Below, piece by piece: positions 28,766 through 38,868 of a stretch of 64,000 nt of DNA (positions within the stretch are counted from its first letter, which is position 1; each line of letters opens with the position of its first letter). The stretch comes from Candidatus Nanoarchaeia archaeon (GTDB taxonomy: Archaea; Nanobdellota; Nanobdellia; Woesearchaeales; UBA525). The notes beneath the pieces were generated by a model. That model was not told the DNA's origin, searched no databases, and was given only the letters and a program-made list of their open reading frames with translations. The stretch is from the NCBI GenBank assembly GCA_028279755.1, contig JANQNB010000011.1, positions 4,501 through 68,500 of the forward strand, given 5' to 3'. The position numbers were made by a program, and so were the translations under genes.

Positions 28766-29107
28766 ATGATCAAAAAAATCATCAGTCTCGTATTGATCGC
28801 GTTCTTCGCACTCATGACGCTTGCAACCAGTGTGAGCGCGTACTACTACGGCCCGTATGGGCGCGTCTACGGCTACGCCTACAGTGCAGGCGGCTACCCC
28901 GTTTACAACATGCACCCGCATGCCTACGGTCCGCGAGGATGGGGTCATTATGGCCCGTATTATCACGGTGGCTATCTCTACCCGCACCACGGCTATTACA
29001 ACAGCTACCACCAGTGGTATCCGAACCACTACTGGCGTGGCTACACGCCCTGGTACCACAACTACTGGCCATACCAGTACAGGGTGTACCAACGCTGGTA
29101 CCCGTAG
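28766..29107 (+). CDS. Secreted Tyr/His/Gly/Pro-rich small protein
   Basis: Signal peptide ending VSA; mature part is low-complexity (YYYGPYG...HHGYYN); AGGTGA SD. Confidence 0.75.
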   Translation: MIKKIISLVLIAFFALMTLATSVSAYYYGPYGRVYGYAYSAGGYPVYNMHPHAYGPRGWGHYGPYYHGGYLYPHHGYYNSYHQWYPNHYWRGYTPWYHNYWPYQYRVYQRWYP

Positions 29108-29109
29108 AA

Positions 29110-29688
29110 TCAGAACGCTTTCTCTAAACGTTCAATCTTATTCCTTGTTTTCTCGAGTTTGTCGTTCGCCTCTTTCACCAGGAAACCGATGAACTTCTCC
29201 GGCACGAACAACGCGCCTTCACGCGCGATAGGGACATCGATCCGCTCAGAGGTCGTTGCTTCGATCATGATCCTGGGGCTTGTACCTGTGACGCCGCTGT
29301 GTTTCCACCCTGTGGCTTTGCACAGCTTCAGGAAGCGATCGGCTGCATCCATATCCCGAGCGCAGACATGGAGAATGGCGCCTTCCATCCGGAACCACAC
29401 TGTCGGCTCAGGAAGATTCCCCAACGCCTCCTCCACTTTTCCCTTTTCTACCTCGCCATGCGAAACAAACAGCCATTCGCCTTCATGCTTCTTGCCAGAG
29501 TTTGGCTCGACAAAGAGATCGATGCGACCAGCGCACGAACTCGTGGTATAATAGTCATCATGCGCGTTGATCGCGTCAAGAAGGGCGGCAATTTCCTCAT
29601 CAACATTGCCTTTCTTTGATCGATCCTTGCTCGCTTTCTCTAATTCACCCAGGTATTTCCGCTTTTGGGCTTCGAATGACACTGCCAT
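29110..29688 (-). CDS. taw3: tRNA wybutosine-synthesis methyltransferase Tyw3/Taw3
   Basis: DRSKKG.VD, YYTTSSCAGRI, WLFVSH, ILHV. Confidence 0.93.
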   Translation of the reverse strand: MAVSFEAQKRKYLGELEKASKDRSKKGNVDEEIAALLDAINAHDDYYTTSSCAGRIDLFVEPNSGKKHEGEWLFVSHGEVEKGKVEEALGNLPEPTVWFRMEGAILHVCARDMDAADRFLKLCKATGWKHSGVTGTSPRIMIEATTSERIDVPIAREGALFVPEKFIGFLVKEANDKLEKTRNKIERLEKAF

Positions 29689-29738
29689 ATGCCATGGGAG
29701 GTAATAATTTTTTATAATGGTAAGGATTTGACACTGGC

Positions 29739-30287
29739 ATGACGCCGGAAGAACGCTTCGCCAGGTTCAAGAAGATCAGGGAGCACTTTCACACCCTTGA
29801 CAGGGAACGGCTTGAGAAGGGACAGCTCGCGATGGGCGAAACCTCGCATGGTTTCTGGGGCACGACGAACATGAACGACGCGTACGAGCTGTTCAAACGC
29901 ATCAAGCTCGACGAGAAACAAGGCTTTGTCGACCTTGGTGCAGGCGATGGGCGCATCGTTGCGATCGCCAGCCTGTTCACCAACGCGGTCGGCGTCGAAG
30001 GCGACACTGATCTGGTGAAAATCGGAATTGAGGCTAAAGACTCCTTGGGCATGGACATCGACTTGAAGGAGAAAGATTACTATGACGAGGATTTATCGCA
30101 GTACGACGTCGTCTTCATGTTCCCAGACAAGGAATACGACGCCCGGCTCATCGGCAAGCTCCTCGCTGAGAGCAAGGGCACGCTGTACATCTACAACAAT
30201 ATCTATTTGCCGCCGGGATTAAAGAAGGGAAAGACCATCTGGATTGAACAATTGCCGGTTGCCAGCTATCCTTTGGATTCTAAGTGA
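29739..30287 (+). CDS. Class I SAM-dependent methyltransferase
   Basis: FVDLGAGDGRIV, YDVVFMFPD. Confidence 0.85.
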   Translation: MTPEERFARFKKIREHFHTLDRERLEKGQLAMGETSHGFWGTTNMNDAYELFKRIKLDEKQGFVDLGAGDGRIVAIASLFTNAVGVEGDTDLVKIGIEAKDSLGMDIDLKEKDYYDEDLSQYDVVFMFPDKEYDARLIGKLLAESKGTLYIYNNIYLPPGLKKGKTIWIEQLPVASYPLDSK

Positions 30288-31177
30288 GGAATATACTGCT
30301 GCAGACTCTTCATCGCGATGTCGAAGTCATCACCAATGTAGGAGAGCGACGCACCACCATTATGCGGGTCATACATCTGGTTAAGAGCACGCACGCTCAA
30401 TACCTTTCTTCCTGAAGCAGCAGCAGCGATATGCACAGGTGCGCTATCGTGGAAGATGCCTTGCCAGTCGCGCTGCAACAGGAGATGGTAGATTGCTGCG
30501 TCCTGGCGGAAGGAAAGGTGATCTCGTGCTTCTCCGCCACCAAACTCGCTGATGATTCCCTGAAAGCTGCTGAGCGTGAACTCATCTCTCACAAGGCTGG
30601 CGTGTAGGTTAAGTACCTCAAAGCCTTCACCAAGCAGACGTTGTTCGATACGGTAATCCACATCGTCATACTCCTGCCTGAACGTCGGGGTGATGATCAC
30701 CTGTGGAACGACGCCTTGGTATGCGCGAACAATCTCTACCCACTCGTTTACATGGAGCGCTTTGTCATCCCGTTCGTGCGGCAGGTTTGGACATATGACT
30801 AGATATTGTTCAGCTGGATCCCACCCAACTTCCTCAAGGGTTTGTGCCATCAATGCAAGTTCCATATCAGAGAAGAACATCCTCGTTGGGATGGAGGGGT
30901 CTTTGAAGGCATTTGCCACTGTTTCACTGATGTCATTCTCTTGGTCAGCGAGACAATGATCGAGATGATACCAGAGATCCTCGCGAAAGTCCGCACTTGG
31001 GTGATGTCGCAAAATAAGGCGTGCGAGTCTTACTGGTTCTGGTTTGGCTGAGGGATCATATACGACACCGATAGGACCTCTGTCAGAGGGGATTGAGGCG
31101 AACATATTTACCTGATCACCAAGGCCTGCTGCAGTGCTGCTTACAAAATTCAAATCGACAATAAGTGAATTATCCAT
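30266..31177 (-). CDS. Hypothetical protein, glycosyltransferase family 9-like C-terminus
   Basis: IFHDSAPVHIAAA resembles the GT9 DSGxxHxA motif. Confidence 0.55.
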   Translation of the reverse strand: MDNSLIVDLNFVSSTAAGLGDQVNMFASIPSDRGPIGVVYDPSAKPEPVRLARLILRHHPSADFREDLWYHLDHCLADQENDISETVANAFKDPSIPTRMFFSDMELALMAQTLEEVGWDPAEQYLVICPNLPHERDDKALHVNEWVEIVRAYQGVVPQVIITPTFRQEYDDVDYRIEQRLLGEGFEVLNLHASLVRDEFTLSSFQGIISEFGGGEARDHLSFRQDAAIYHLLLQRDWQGIFHDSAPVHIAAAASGRKVLSVRALNQMYDPHNGGASLSYIGDDFDIAMKSLQQYIPHLESKG

Positions 31178-31376
31178 GGAAAACAGTGGATTGCACGTAT
31201 TTATAAATATTTACTTACTTATGAGTGATGAAATTATACTGTCCAAATACGTTGCAGGACACAGAGCTATCAATCATAAGATTTATAAATGGCCAGGCGT
31301 TCACACGTTGTAGATAAATCCTTCTCACCGACGTGTTATCATCAATAACTGGTGGGATTCCACGAGGTGGAATGGC

Positions 31377-32003
31377 ATGACAGATCAGGAACGATTAAAG
31401 ACTGGGACAACAACAGTCGGTATTCTCTGCAAAGATGCCGTCGTGCTCGCAGCTGACCGGAGAGCCACTGCAGGGCATCTGATCGTCGACAAGAAAGTCG
31501 AGAAAGTCGTGCCAGTCACCGACCAGATCGCGGTCACCACCTCCGGCAGCGTCTCAGACCTCCAGCTCCTGTTGAAATACCTCAAGGCAGAGCTCAAGCT
31601 CCGCAAGATCAGGACAAGCAGGGAATCCACAGTCAAGGAATCAGCGCATCTGCTCAGCGCCTGGGTCTACCAGATCCTCAGGAGCCAGATGGGCGTGTGC
31701 CACTTCGTGCTCGGCGGCTATGACAAGGAAGCGAAGCTGTACGACATCTTCCCTGACGGCAGCCTGACAGACATCAACGACTTTGTCGCGAGCGGCAGCG
31801 GCAGCGTCATCGCGTACGGCCTGCTCGAGGACCAGTACAAGGCCGACATGACTGCTGAGGAAGGCGTGCAGCTGGCGCTCAAGGCAGTCAACGCCGCGCT
31901 CCAGCGCGACAGCGCGAGCGGCAACGGCATCACGATCTACATCATCAACCAGGACGGCATCAAGCGCGAGCTCGAGAAAGAACTCAATACGCGCCTGGTA
32001 TAA
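31377..32003 (+). CDS. psmB: Proteasome beta subunit
   Basis: Propeptide then TG|TTTVG, AADRRAT, SGSG, RDSASG. Confidence 0.96.
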   Translation: MTDQERLKTGTTTVGILCKDAVVLAADRRATAGHLIVDKKVEKVVPVTDQIAVTTSGSVSDLQLLLKYLKAELKLRKIRTSRESTVKESAHLLSAWVYQILRSQMGVCHFVLGGYDKEAKLYDIFPDGSLTDINDFVASGSGSVIAYGLLEDQYKADMTAEEGVQLALKAVNAALQRDSASGNGITIYIINQDGIKRELEKELNTRLV

Positions 32004-32037
32004 CACTTTTCCGTACGTCTATCATTGTAGAAAAAAG

Positions 32038-33939
32038 GTGAACGTTTTGTCAGAGATTATCGACGAGATCATGAAACATCTCTCTAAGGAAGACGTCAGC
32101 GACGTCGCGTTCGAGGGCGCCAACATCGTGCTCTACACCAAGAAGAAAAAATTCTTTCTCGAAGACCAGGGCCGGATCCGCGAAGTCGTCAACCTGATCA
32201 AGAAACGCATCGAACTCCGCCCTGACCCCAAGATCATCATGGACGAGGACGAAGCAGAAGAGCGCATCAAGGCGATCATCGGCAAGGAAGCGGCAGTCTC
32301 GCAGATGTTCTTCGAGCACGAGCGCAGTATTGTCACGATCGAAGTCGAGAAGCCAGGCATTGCGATCGGCAAGCGCGGCGAGAACCTCCAGCAGATTAAG
32401 GAAGAGACCTTGTGGGTGCCGGTGGTCAAGCGGACGCCTGCCATTCGGAGCGAGATCATCGAGAGCATCCGCGCCGTGCTGTACGAGAACAGCGATTACC
32501 GCCGCAAGTTCCTGCACAAGACTGGCGAGCGTATCTACAACGGCTGGCTGCGCCAGAAGAAAGAGGAATGGATCCGTATCACCTACCTTGGCTCTGCGCG
32601 TCAGGTCGGCCGTTCCGCAATCCTGATACAGACGCCGGAATCACGCGTCCTGCTTGACTGCGGCCTCGATCCCAGCGGCGGACCAAACCCCTACCCGTTC
32701 CTTGAAGCACCTGAATTCCGGATCAATGAGCTTGATGCGGTCATCGTGAGCCACGCGCACCTCGATCATTCAGGTTTCGTCCCCTACCTCTACAAGTTCG
32801 GCTACCGCGGCCCGGTCTACTGCACCGCTCCGACGAGGGATATCATGTCCTTGCTGCATCTTGACACTGTGAAGATCGCGCGCAACGAAGGCCAGGAGCC
32901 GATCTACACCAGCGACGAGATCAAGGAAGTCGTGAAGCACACGGTCACGCTGGACTTCGAGGAAGTCACTGACGTGACACCAGACGTTCGCATCACCTTC
33001 CACAATTCAGGGCATATCCTCGGCAGCGCTATGGTCCACATCCACATCGGAAACGGCCTGCACAACATCCTGTATACGGCTGACCTGAAATACGCGAAGA
33101 CGCAGCTGCTCAGCCCGGCAGCAACGCAATTTCCGCGCTTGGAGACCTTGATGATCGAAGCGACCTATGGCGGACGCGACAATGTCCTGCCGCCGTACAA
33201 AGAACAGGACGAATTCCTCGTCGATCTCATCCTGCGCACAATAAAGCGCGGCGGCAAAGTGCTCATTCCAACACTGGGAAGCGGCCGAGGCCAGGAGATC
33301 ATCGTCATGCTCGAAGAGCTGATCCGGAAGAAGAAACTGAAAGAAGACATCCCGATCTACATCGACGGCATGGTCTGGGACATCACCGCGATCTACACTG
33401 CATACCCAGAATTCCTCAACAGCACAGTGCGCTCGCAGATCTTCCACAAGGACAACAACCCCTTCCTGATGCCGAACATCCACCGCGTCGGCTCGCAGAA
33501 GGAACGCCAGGAACTCATCGAAGAAGGCGCGCCCTGCATCATCCTCGCAACCTCAGGCATGCTTGTCGGCGGCCCCAGTGTGCAGTACCTGCGCGAACTT
33601 GCCGACAATCCTGACAACAGCCTGATCTTCTCTTGCTACCAGGCTGAGGGCTCGCTGGGAAAGATGATCAAGGACGGGCTCAGCGAAGTGAACTTCAAGA
33701 ACGGCAGCAAGATGCACACCGTTCCTGTCAAGCTCGAGGTCGCGAAGATCGAGATCAGCGGCCACGCCGATCGCCGCGAGCTCATGAACTTCGTGAAGCG
33801 CCTCAACCCGAAGCCGCGAAAGGTCCTGATCAACCACGGCGAGCAGAGCAGATGCCTGGATTTGGCACGCAGCATCCATCAGCAATTCAGGATCGAAACC
33901 CTTGCGCCGCGCAATCTTGACGCGATCCGGGTCCGGTAG
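32038..33939 (+). CDS. Beta-CASP ribonuclease aCPSF1 (FttA) with KH domains
   Basis: FEGANIV, KPGIAIGK, SHAHLDH, GHILGS, SGHADR; follows psmB as is usual in archaea. Confidence 0.95.
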   Translation: MNVLSEIIDEIMKHLSKEDVSDVAFEGANIVLYTKKKKFFLEDQGRIREVVNLIKKRIELRPDPKIIMDEDEAEERIKAIIGKEAAVSQMFFEHERSIVTIEVEKPGIAIGKRGENLQQIKEETLWVPVVKRTPAIRSEIIESIRAVLYENSDYRRKFLHKTGERIYNGWLRQKKEEWIRITYLGSARQVGRSAILIQTPESRVLLDCGLDPSGGPNPYPFLEAPEFRINELDAVIVSHAHLDHSGFVPYLYKFGYRGPVYCTAPTRDIMSLLHLDTVKIARNEGQEPIYTSDEIKEVVKHTVTLDFEEVTDVTPDVRITFHNSGHILGSAMVHIHIGNGLHNILYTADLKYAKTQLLSPAATQFPRLETLMIEATYGGRDNVLPPYKEQDEFLVDLILRTIKRGGKVLIPTLGSGRGQEIIVMLEELIRKKKLKEDIPIYIDGMVWDITAIYTAYPEFLNSTVRSQIFHKDNNPFLMPNIHRVGSQKERQELIEEGAPCIILATSGMLVGGPSVQYLRELADNPDNSLIFSCYQAEGSLGKMIKDGLSEVNFKNGSKMHTVPVKLEVAKIEISGHADRRELMNFVKRLNPKPRKVLINHGEQSRCLDLARSIHQQFRIETLAPRNLDAIRVR

Positions 33940-33971
33940 CTTTTTATTTCATTCTCGACCCCTTCGCTCGT

Positions 33972-35540
33972 ATGGACGTCAAGAAAACCACGTGGATTAA
34001 GAATTTCTCTATCAATCGTGTTGGCTATCTCTTGGTGGAAAGTGTCTGGTCGCGCGAATGGCCGATCAGCCAAAAAGCGACGTTTGGAAAGGAAAAACCG
34101 CTGATATTACAAAACGGCATCGTCTTGGATTACAAAGGCGTTGATTGCCTCGGAGCCTACTTGCCAGAGCCAGAACTCGCACAACTCATCGATACGACCA
34201 TCAAGCTCATATTTGAAAAGCCTGAACAAGTCCTGGCATTGCACAAGACAATCTACGATGACCTTGACAAGGTATTCGCTTTCGTGAAGAACGCGCTTGC
34301 AAAGGATCATGCGAAACTCTCTGACAAAGAGCTCGAAGAGATATTCAACGAATTCATGGAACACAAGGTGAACATCCATCACAAGCCCTTGGTGACCACA
34401 TGGTTCCTCGACAGCTACGGCGAACGATTCAGCAAACGCTTACTGGAGGAAACTAAGAAATTTGTCACTAAGACCGGTAGCGAAAAGGATTTTGCTGAAG
34501 CATTCAGCCTGCTCACGACAAAGCCGGCAAACAGCATGCAATTCGAAGAAGAACTTGACGCGCTGCGCGTACTCAAGCTCATCGTCGGCAATAAGGAATC
34601 CAGAGACGCAATCCTGAAACTCACAGACTTTTCCCGGATTCCTGAAGCAGTCCCAGACAAGATCAAGGACACGATGACAGCCCATTGCGAAAAATGGTGC
34701 TGGACCCCATTCGGATACATGGACACGCCATATGACATGAGCTATTATCTCGAACGCTGGAAAACCCGTCTCGAACAGGAAATCGATGTCGATGCAGCGA
34801 TTGCGGAATTGGAAGGACGGCCAGCGCGCGTGCAGAGGGAACGGACGGGCCTTGCCAAAGAACTTGGTGTCGACCAGCACACGATGCAGATCTATGACAT
34901 CGCGGCAGACATCGCGTACCTGAAAGGCTATCGCAAGGACGCACTCTATTACATGTGCTATCTCCTCGATAAGATATACGCCCAGGCACTCCCACGTGCA
35001 GGTCTTCAGAAGGAGGACGAGCACCTCATGATCTTATCAGAACTCGAAACGCTCTTCGCTGGCAAGGATGTACCGTCGGCAGCTGAGCTGAAGAGACGAG
35101 AAGGACGCACTGTACTTGTTGGGGATGAAAACGGCCAGATGACGTTTCTTTATGATGAGGATGCCGCGGCCTACATGGACGCGTTGCCGATCATCAAAGA
35201 GGATGTTGATGCAGCAGCGAACCAGCTCCACGGCACCTGCGCCTGCAGCGGAAGCGCGAAAGGCACGGTCAAGATCATCAATGCAGTGAGCGACATGCCC
35301 AAAATGAACCAAGGCGACATCCTCGTCAGCCACACGACTTTTCCCAGCCTCGTGCCTGCCATGGAGAAGGCAGCGGCGATCATCTCAGAAGACGGGGGCA
35401 TCACCTGCCACGCAGCCATTGTCAGCCGAGAACTTGGAACGCCCTGCGTGACTGGTGTGAAGACTGCGCTCAAAGTACTGAAAGATGGTGATGTCGTCGA
35501 AGTGCGGGCGAGCGAAGGAAGAATAATCATAGAAAGATAA
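33972..35540 (+). CDS. Second PEP-utilizer (phospho-His) domain protein without ATP-grasp domain
   Basis: AAAIISEDGGITCHAAIVSRELGTPCV. Confidence 0.85.
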   Translation: MDVKKTTWIKNFSINRVGYLLVESVWSREWPISQKATFGKEKPLILQNGIVLDYKGVDCLGAYLPEPELAQLIDTTIKLIFEKPEQVLALHKTIYDDLDKVFAFVKNALAKDHAKLSDKELEEIFNEFMEHKVNIHHKPLVTTWFLDSYGERFSKRLLEETKKFVTKTGSEKDFAEAFSLLTTKPANSMQFEEELDALRVLKLIVGNKESRDAILKLTDFSRIPEAVPDKIKDTMTAHCEKWCWTPFGYMDTPYDMSYYLERWKTRLEQEIDVDAAIAELEGRPARVQRERTGLAKELGVDQHTMQIYDIAADIAYLKGYRKDALYYMCYLLDKIYAQALPRAGLQKEDEHLMILSELETLFAGKDVPSAAELKRREGRTVLVGDENGQMTFLYDEDAAAYMDALPIIKEDVDAAANQLHGTCACSGSAKGTVKIINAVSDMPKMNQGDILVSHTTFPSLVPAMEKAAAIISEDGGITCHAAIVSRELGTPCVTGVKTALKVLKDGDVVEVRASEGRIIIER

Positions 35541-35545
35541 AAGGT

Positions 35546-35755
35546 TTATTTCCGCTCGTGCGGCAATACTCGTTTTACGTCGATAGGGATGACGCCCTTC
35601 TCGAATTCGCGCTTCGCGATCTCGACAGGATTGTACGCCATCGCCTCCAGCTCCTTCTTGGAGAGCTTCAGCAGGACCGGAGCGCCCTGGCTGATCTGCA
35701 ATGCGCGCGAGCCGATGATGCGCGCACGTTCGTACTTCGAGTATTTGTCAGCCAT
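35546..35755 (-). CDS. rpoK: RNA polymerase subunit K (Rpo6)
   Basis: [21 protein letters not shown]. Confidence 0.95.
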   Translation of the reverse strand: MADKYSKYERARIIGSRALQISQGAPVLLKLSKKELEAMAYNPVEIAKREFEKGVIPIDVKRVLPHERK

Positions 35756-35759
35756 TGTC

Positions 35760-36533
35760 TCACCCCAGTTTCTTCCGCAAGGTCTTCGCAGTCTTGAGCG
35801 CGAGGTCGATCATCTTGTTCAACTCCTCGCTTGTCAAGGTGGCGTTGCCGCCTTTCTGCATCGAGCACAGCTCGCCGCCCTCGAGGGAAGCGACAGTCAA
35901 ACGAGCGTCTGCCGCTTTCTCTTCAGCAAAGGTCGGATCGACCAGCAGGTTATCGCCGATCTTCACGACTGTCACCGGAATCGGGACGCAGCTCAGCTTC
36001 AGCCCTTCCTTGGTGTGCTCGTGGTAATCCGGTTGCCCGTCCACAAGCTTCGGGAAGCGAGCGCTCTTCAGCGCCGCCATCCCAGCGAGGCCGCCGAGAT
36101 CGATGAGGTTGCCATCGTGGTTCAACGGACACACGTCCACATTCACCATCCAGACCTTCTCACCGGCTTCGATGCACAGAGATTTCTCGTCGATGCTCTT
36201 GCTCTCCCGGATACCACGGTCGATGACGCGCGAGGCTTCGATGCTGTCGATGCTCGGCGGACCGATCTCAAAGTCCGGGTTGCTGGTCGGCCGTAGCTCG
36301 GCATTCACCATGAGGGTGCCGGAATCCGGACGGTCGCTGTAGGGCTTGCCCACGTCGATCTTCACGCCGACGATGATGTCAGTGGCGCCGCACGTGATGC
36401 GGGCGCTGCCTTCGGCAGTCGAGGAAACGCCTGTCTCTATCTTCAACTCTCGGAACTCGTCGAGCTTCCGGCCGTCAAGACGGTAGCCTTTCTGCAGTGC
36501 CTGGTTGATATGTTCTTTCAATGCTTGATCCAT
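35760..36533 (-). CDS. rrp42: Exosome complex component Rrp42
   Basis: [32 protein letters not shown]. Confidence 0.95.
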   Translation of the reverse strand: MDQALKEHINQALQKGYRLDGRKLDEFRELKIETGVSSTAEGSARITCGATDIIVGVKIDVGKPYSDRPDSGTLMVNAELRPTSNPDFEIGPPSIDSIEASRVIDRGIRESKSIDEKSLCIEAGEKVWMVNVDVCPLNHDGNLIDLGGLAGMAALKSARFPKLVDGQPDYHEHTKEGLKLSCVPIPVTVVKIGDNLLVDPTFAEEKAADARLTVASLEGGELCSMQKGGNATLTSEELNKMIDLALKTAKTLRKKLG

Positions 36534-36538
36534 CGTAA

Positions 36539-37258
36539 TCACTCCACCTTTGCTGCCGCATCGGCATATCGCTGCTTGATAGCTGCGCGCTGCGCGTCCG
36601 CGATCGCATCGAATGCGGGCTTTGCCTGCTCGATCGCCTGGACGAACTCGTCCTTCTTGACGCGGCCGTCCATCTGCACAAGCGAGATCTCGCCAGTCGA
36701 GGGAACCATCGCAAGGGGAATGTCAGCGACATCGCCTTCTTTCCAGGCTTCCTCTTCGTAATCGAGATCGACCACTTTCATGCCGTCGACGACGCCCACA
36801 GCGACTGCTGCGACAACGTCGCGCATCCGCAGGCCTGCGTCGGCAAGCGCGATCGACGCCGCGCTGATCGCGGCGCATCGGCTCCCGGCATCGGTCTGCG
36901 GCAGCTCGACAAAGACGTCGACAACCGCGTTCGGGAACGCTTCGAGGTCAACGACTGGCAAGAGCGCCTTCTCCATGACCATGCTGATCTCTTTCGAGCG
37001 TCGGCTCGGCCCTGGTCGGACGCGATCGCCCTGGCCGCTGAACGGCATCATGTTGTAAGCACAGCGGAGCTTTCCTTGCTTCGGGTCCTGCTGGCTCCTC
37101 GGGTGGAGCTCGCGCGGCCCATAGACTGCGGCGTATGCTTCTGTATCGCCGATCTTGAAATAGCCGCTGCCGTCAGCATTGGGGATGACCCCTGCTTTCG
37201 CAATGATCTTCCGGGTCTCGCCCGGTTTTCTTCCATCGTGTCGTTTCTTGTATGCCAT
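36539..37258 (-). CDS. rrp41: Exosome complex exonuclease Rrp41
   Basis: RHDGR, ADGSG, VYGPRE, RRSKEIS, DAGSR. Confidence 0.95.
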   Translation of the reverse strand: MAYKKRHDGRKPGETRKIIAKAGVIPNADGSGYFKIGDTEAYAAVYGPRELHPRSQQDPKQGKLRCAYNMMPFSGQGDRVRPGPSRRSKEISMVMEKALLPVVDLEAFPNAVVDVFVELPQTDAGSRCAAISAASIALADAGLRMRDVVAAVAVGVVDGMKVVDLDYEEEAWKEGDVADIPLAMVPSTGEISLVQMDGRVKKDEFVQAIEQAKPAFDAIADAQRAAIKQRYADAAAKVE

Positions 37259-37263
37259 GATCA

Positions 37264-38136
37264 TCACCTTCTCGGACCGGTTCGTCTTGGGCCTCTTGGT
37301 CCGTCTCGTCGTGGGCCTCTCGGACCGTCACGCCGCGGACCTCTCGGGCCGTCTCGTCGCGGGCCTCGTGGACCATCATGTCGCGGACGTCGGTCTTCAG
37401 GGAATTCTTCATCGGGTTTCATCTCGATCTTCTTCCCTGTCTTCTTCTCAAGCCATTGCTTCATCCGGTCGGTCAGGCCAGGCACGTGCGCTTCCACCTC
37501 GATCTTGCGGATAGACTCCACAGCCAGGAGTTCCTGTTCCGGCTCGCCGTTGAGCCAGACAAGGCCGTTCTGCCCGACTGTGAGCTGGCAGCTCGTCGCT
37601 TGCTTGATCATGCTGACCATGCTGCCCCGCTTGCCGATGATCCGCGGGACTTTCGCTGCATTGACTTTCAGGATGCGGCCGCCTTTCAGCTTTCTCAGGC
37701 CTGGCCCCTTCATGGACACGTCCACGAGGTTCTGGCTGGTCACCTGGAAGATCTTACACACGACGTACTCGTCGAGGTCGAAGAAGCTCGTCAGGTCAGC
37801 GCCCTTCTTGATGTAGTCGAAGGTCGCGTCTTTCAGTGGCAGCACCGCGCTATACGGGCTGTTGGTGTCGAGTCGCCATCCGGTCATGAGGATGTCGATC
37901 ACCTTGCCGATGATCACGTCGTGTCGCTTCGGCAGGTAGACGCCGGCCAGGGGGATCGTCTTCAAGACCTTGCCTTCCACGATAAGGAGGCCGGTCTGGT
38001 TTGCGTAGATCCGATCGTCTTTGCGATACGTCCCTTGGCTCGGTAAGTATTCCATTCCTTCAGCAAGCACTTCGCCTGGCACGACCACATCATGGTCCTT
38101 CACCAGGAGCTTGCTCTGTTCTTTCGCTTCTGTCAT
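37264..38136 (-). CDS. rrp4: Exosome RNA-binding subunit Rrp4 with C-terminal RRDGPRGP repeats
   Basis: VVVPGE, S1 and KH domains (KVPRIIGKRGSM), GQNG. Confidence 0.95.
   Translation of the reverse strand: MTEAKEQSKLLVKDHDVVVPGEVLAEGMEYLPSQGTYRKDDRIYANQTGLLIVEGKVLKTIPLAGVYLPKRHDVIIGKVIDILMTGWRLDTNSPYSAVLPLKDATFDYIKKGADLTSFFDLDEYVVCKIFQVTSQNLVDVSMKGPGLRKLKGGRILKVNAAKVPRIIGKRGSMVSMIKQATSCQLTVGQNGLVWLNGEPEQELLAVESIRKIEVEAHVPGLTDRMKQWLEKKTGKKIEMKPDEEFPEDRRPRHDGPRGPRRDGPRGPRRDGPRGPRRDGPRGPRRTGPRR
37270..37385 (-). repeat. Coding tandem repeat, ~24-nt unit encoding (R)RDGPRGP, 4-5 copies
   Basis: HDGPRGP RRDGPRGP RRDGPRGP RRDGPRGP RRTGPRR with synonymous variation. Confidence 0.85.
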
Positions 38137-38144
38137 GTATTCAC

Positions 38145-38867
38145 CTATTCTTTCTTTTCTTCAATCGTCGCGCCACCATGCGTGGCGTTGTTGACCAGGT
38201 CTGCGAGCTCGCCTTTCATGCCGGCAGGGAGCTCGACATCCGCTTCCCACGAGCCGTCGTTCTTCCAGTTGTCCTTGACGATCTTCGCGATCCTGGAGAT
38301 CTCGCCGTACATCTTGCCAGCATACTGGCTCGGCACGTGCACGACGAGCTTCGCTGTCTCGAAGCGGAGCGGGAGTATTGGCTGCAGCTTCTTCACCACG
38401 TCCTGGAGCTGCTGGTCGATGGTGCGGAACTCGTCGACCTTGACTTTTGCCTCGTCGAACGCGAGCTCAATACGTTTTTCCGGATGCGGATTCCCGGTCT
38501 TCGGGTCGATCGCGTTGCGATGGATTTTCGCGATCAACTGACGGAGCTTTGCTGCGCGTACCTTGTCCCGGTACTCGGCTGTCAACTGGATCTCGCCCTC
38601 GTCCAGGATCTTGCGCGCGACTCCCTCGAAATCGGATGCGCCGAGGATCGCAGTCATCCGGTCAGGGCTTGCGAGTTCGCCCTTCTTCGCGTCACAGAAG
38701 ATCTTTTCTGCACGCACGACGTTGTTCATCGCGCCTTTGCCGCTCTCCTTGAATGCGATGGCAGCGTCAGGATCGACCACGACCTCGAAGATCTCGCCAC
38801 CTTTTCGTAAGCGTGCGAGATTGAAGGAAACACGTTCCTGGTCATAGGTCGGTCCGCCGCGCATCAT
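38145..38867 (-). CDS. Ribosome maturation protein SBDS/Sdo1
   Basis: ARL...GE.FEV, GEIQLT.E.R, PHP..RIE. Confidence 0.95.
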   Translation of the reverse strand: MMRGGPTYDQERVSFNLARLRKGGEIFEVVVDPDAAIAFKESGKGAMNNVVRAEKIFCDAKKGELASPDRMTAILGASDFEGVARKILDEGEIQLTAEYRDKVRAAKLRQLIAKIHRNAIDPKTGNPHPEKRIELAFDEAKVKVDEFRTIDQQLQDVVKKLQPILPLRFETAKLVVHVPSQYAGKMYGEISRIAKIVKDNWKNDGSWEADVELPAGMKGELADLVNNATHGGATIEEKKE

Positions 38868-38868
38868 T

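Noticed and set aside
37270..37385. Tandem repeat as a possible CRISPR array
   Set aside because: No spacers; it is an in-frame coding repeat
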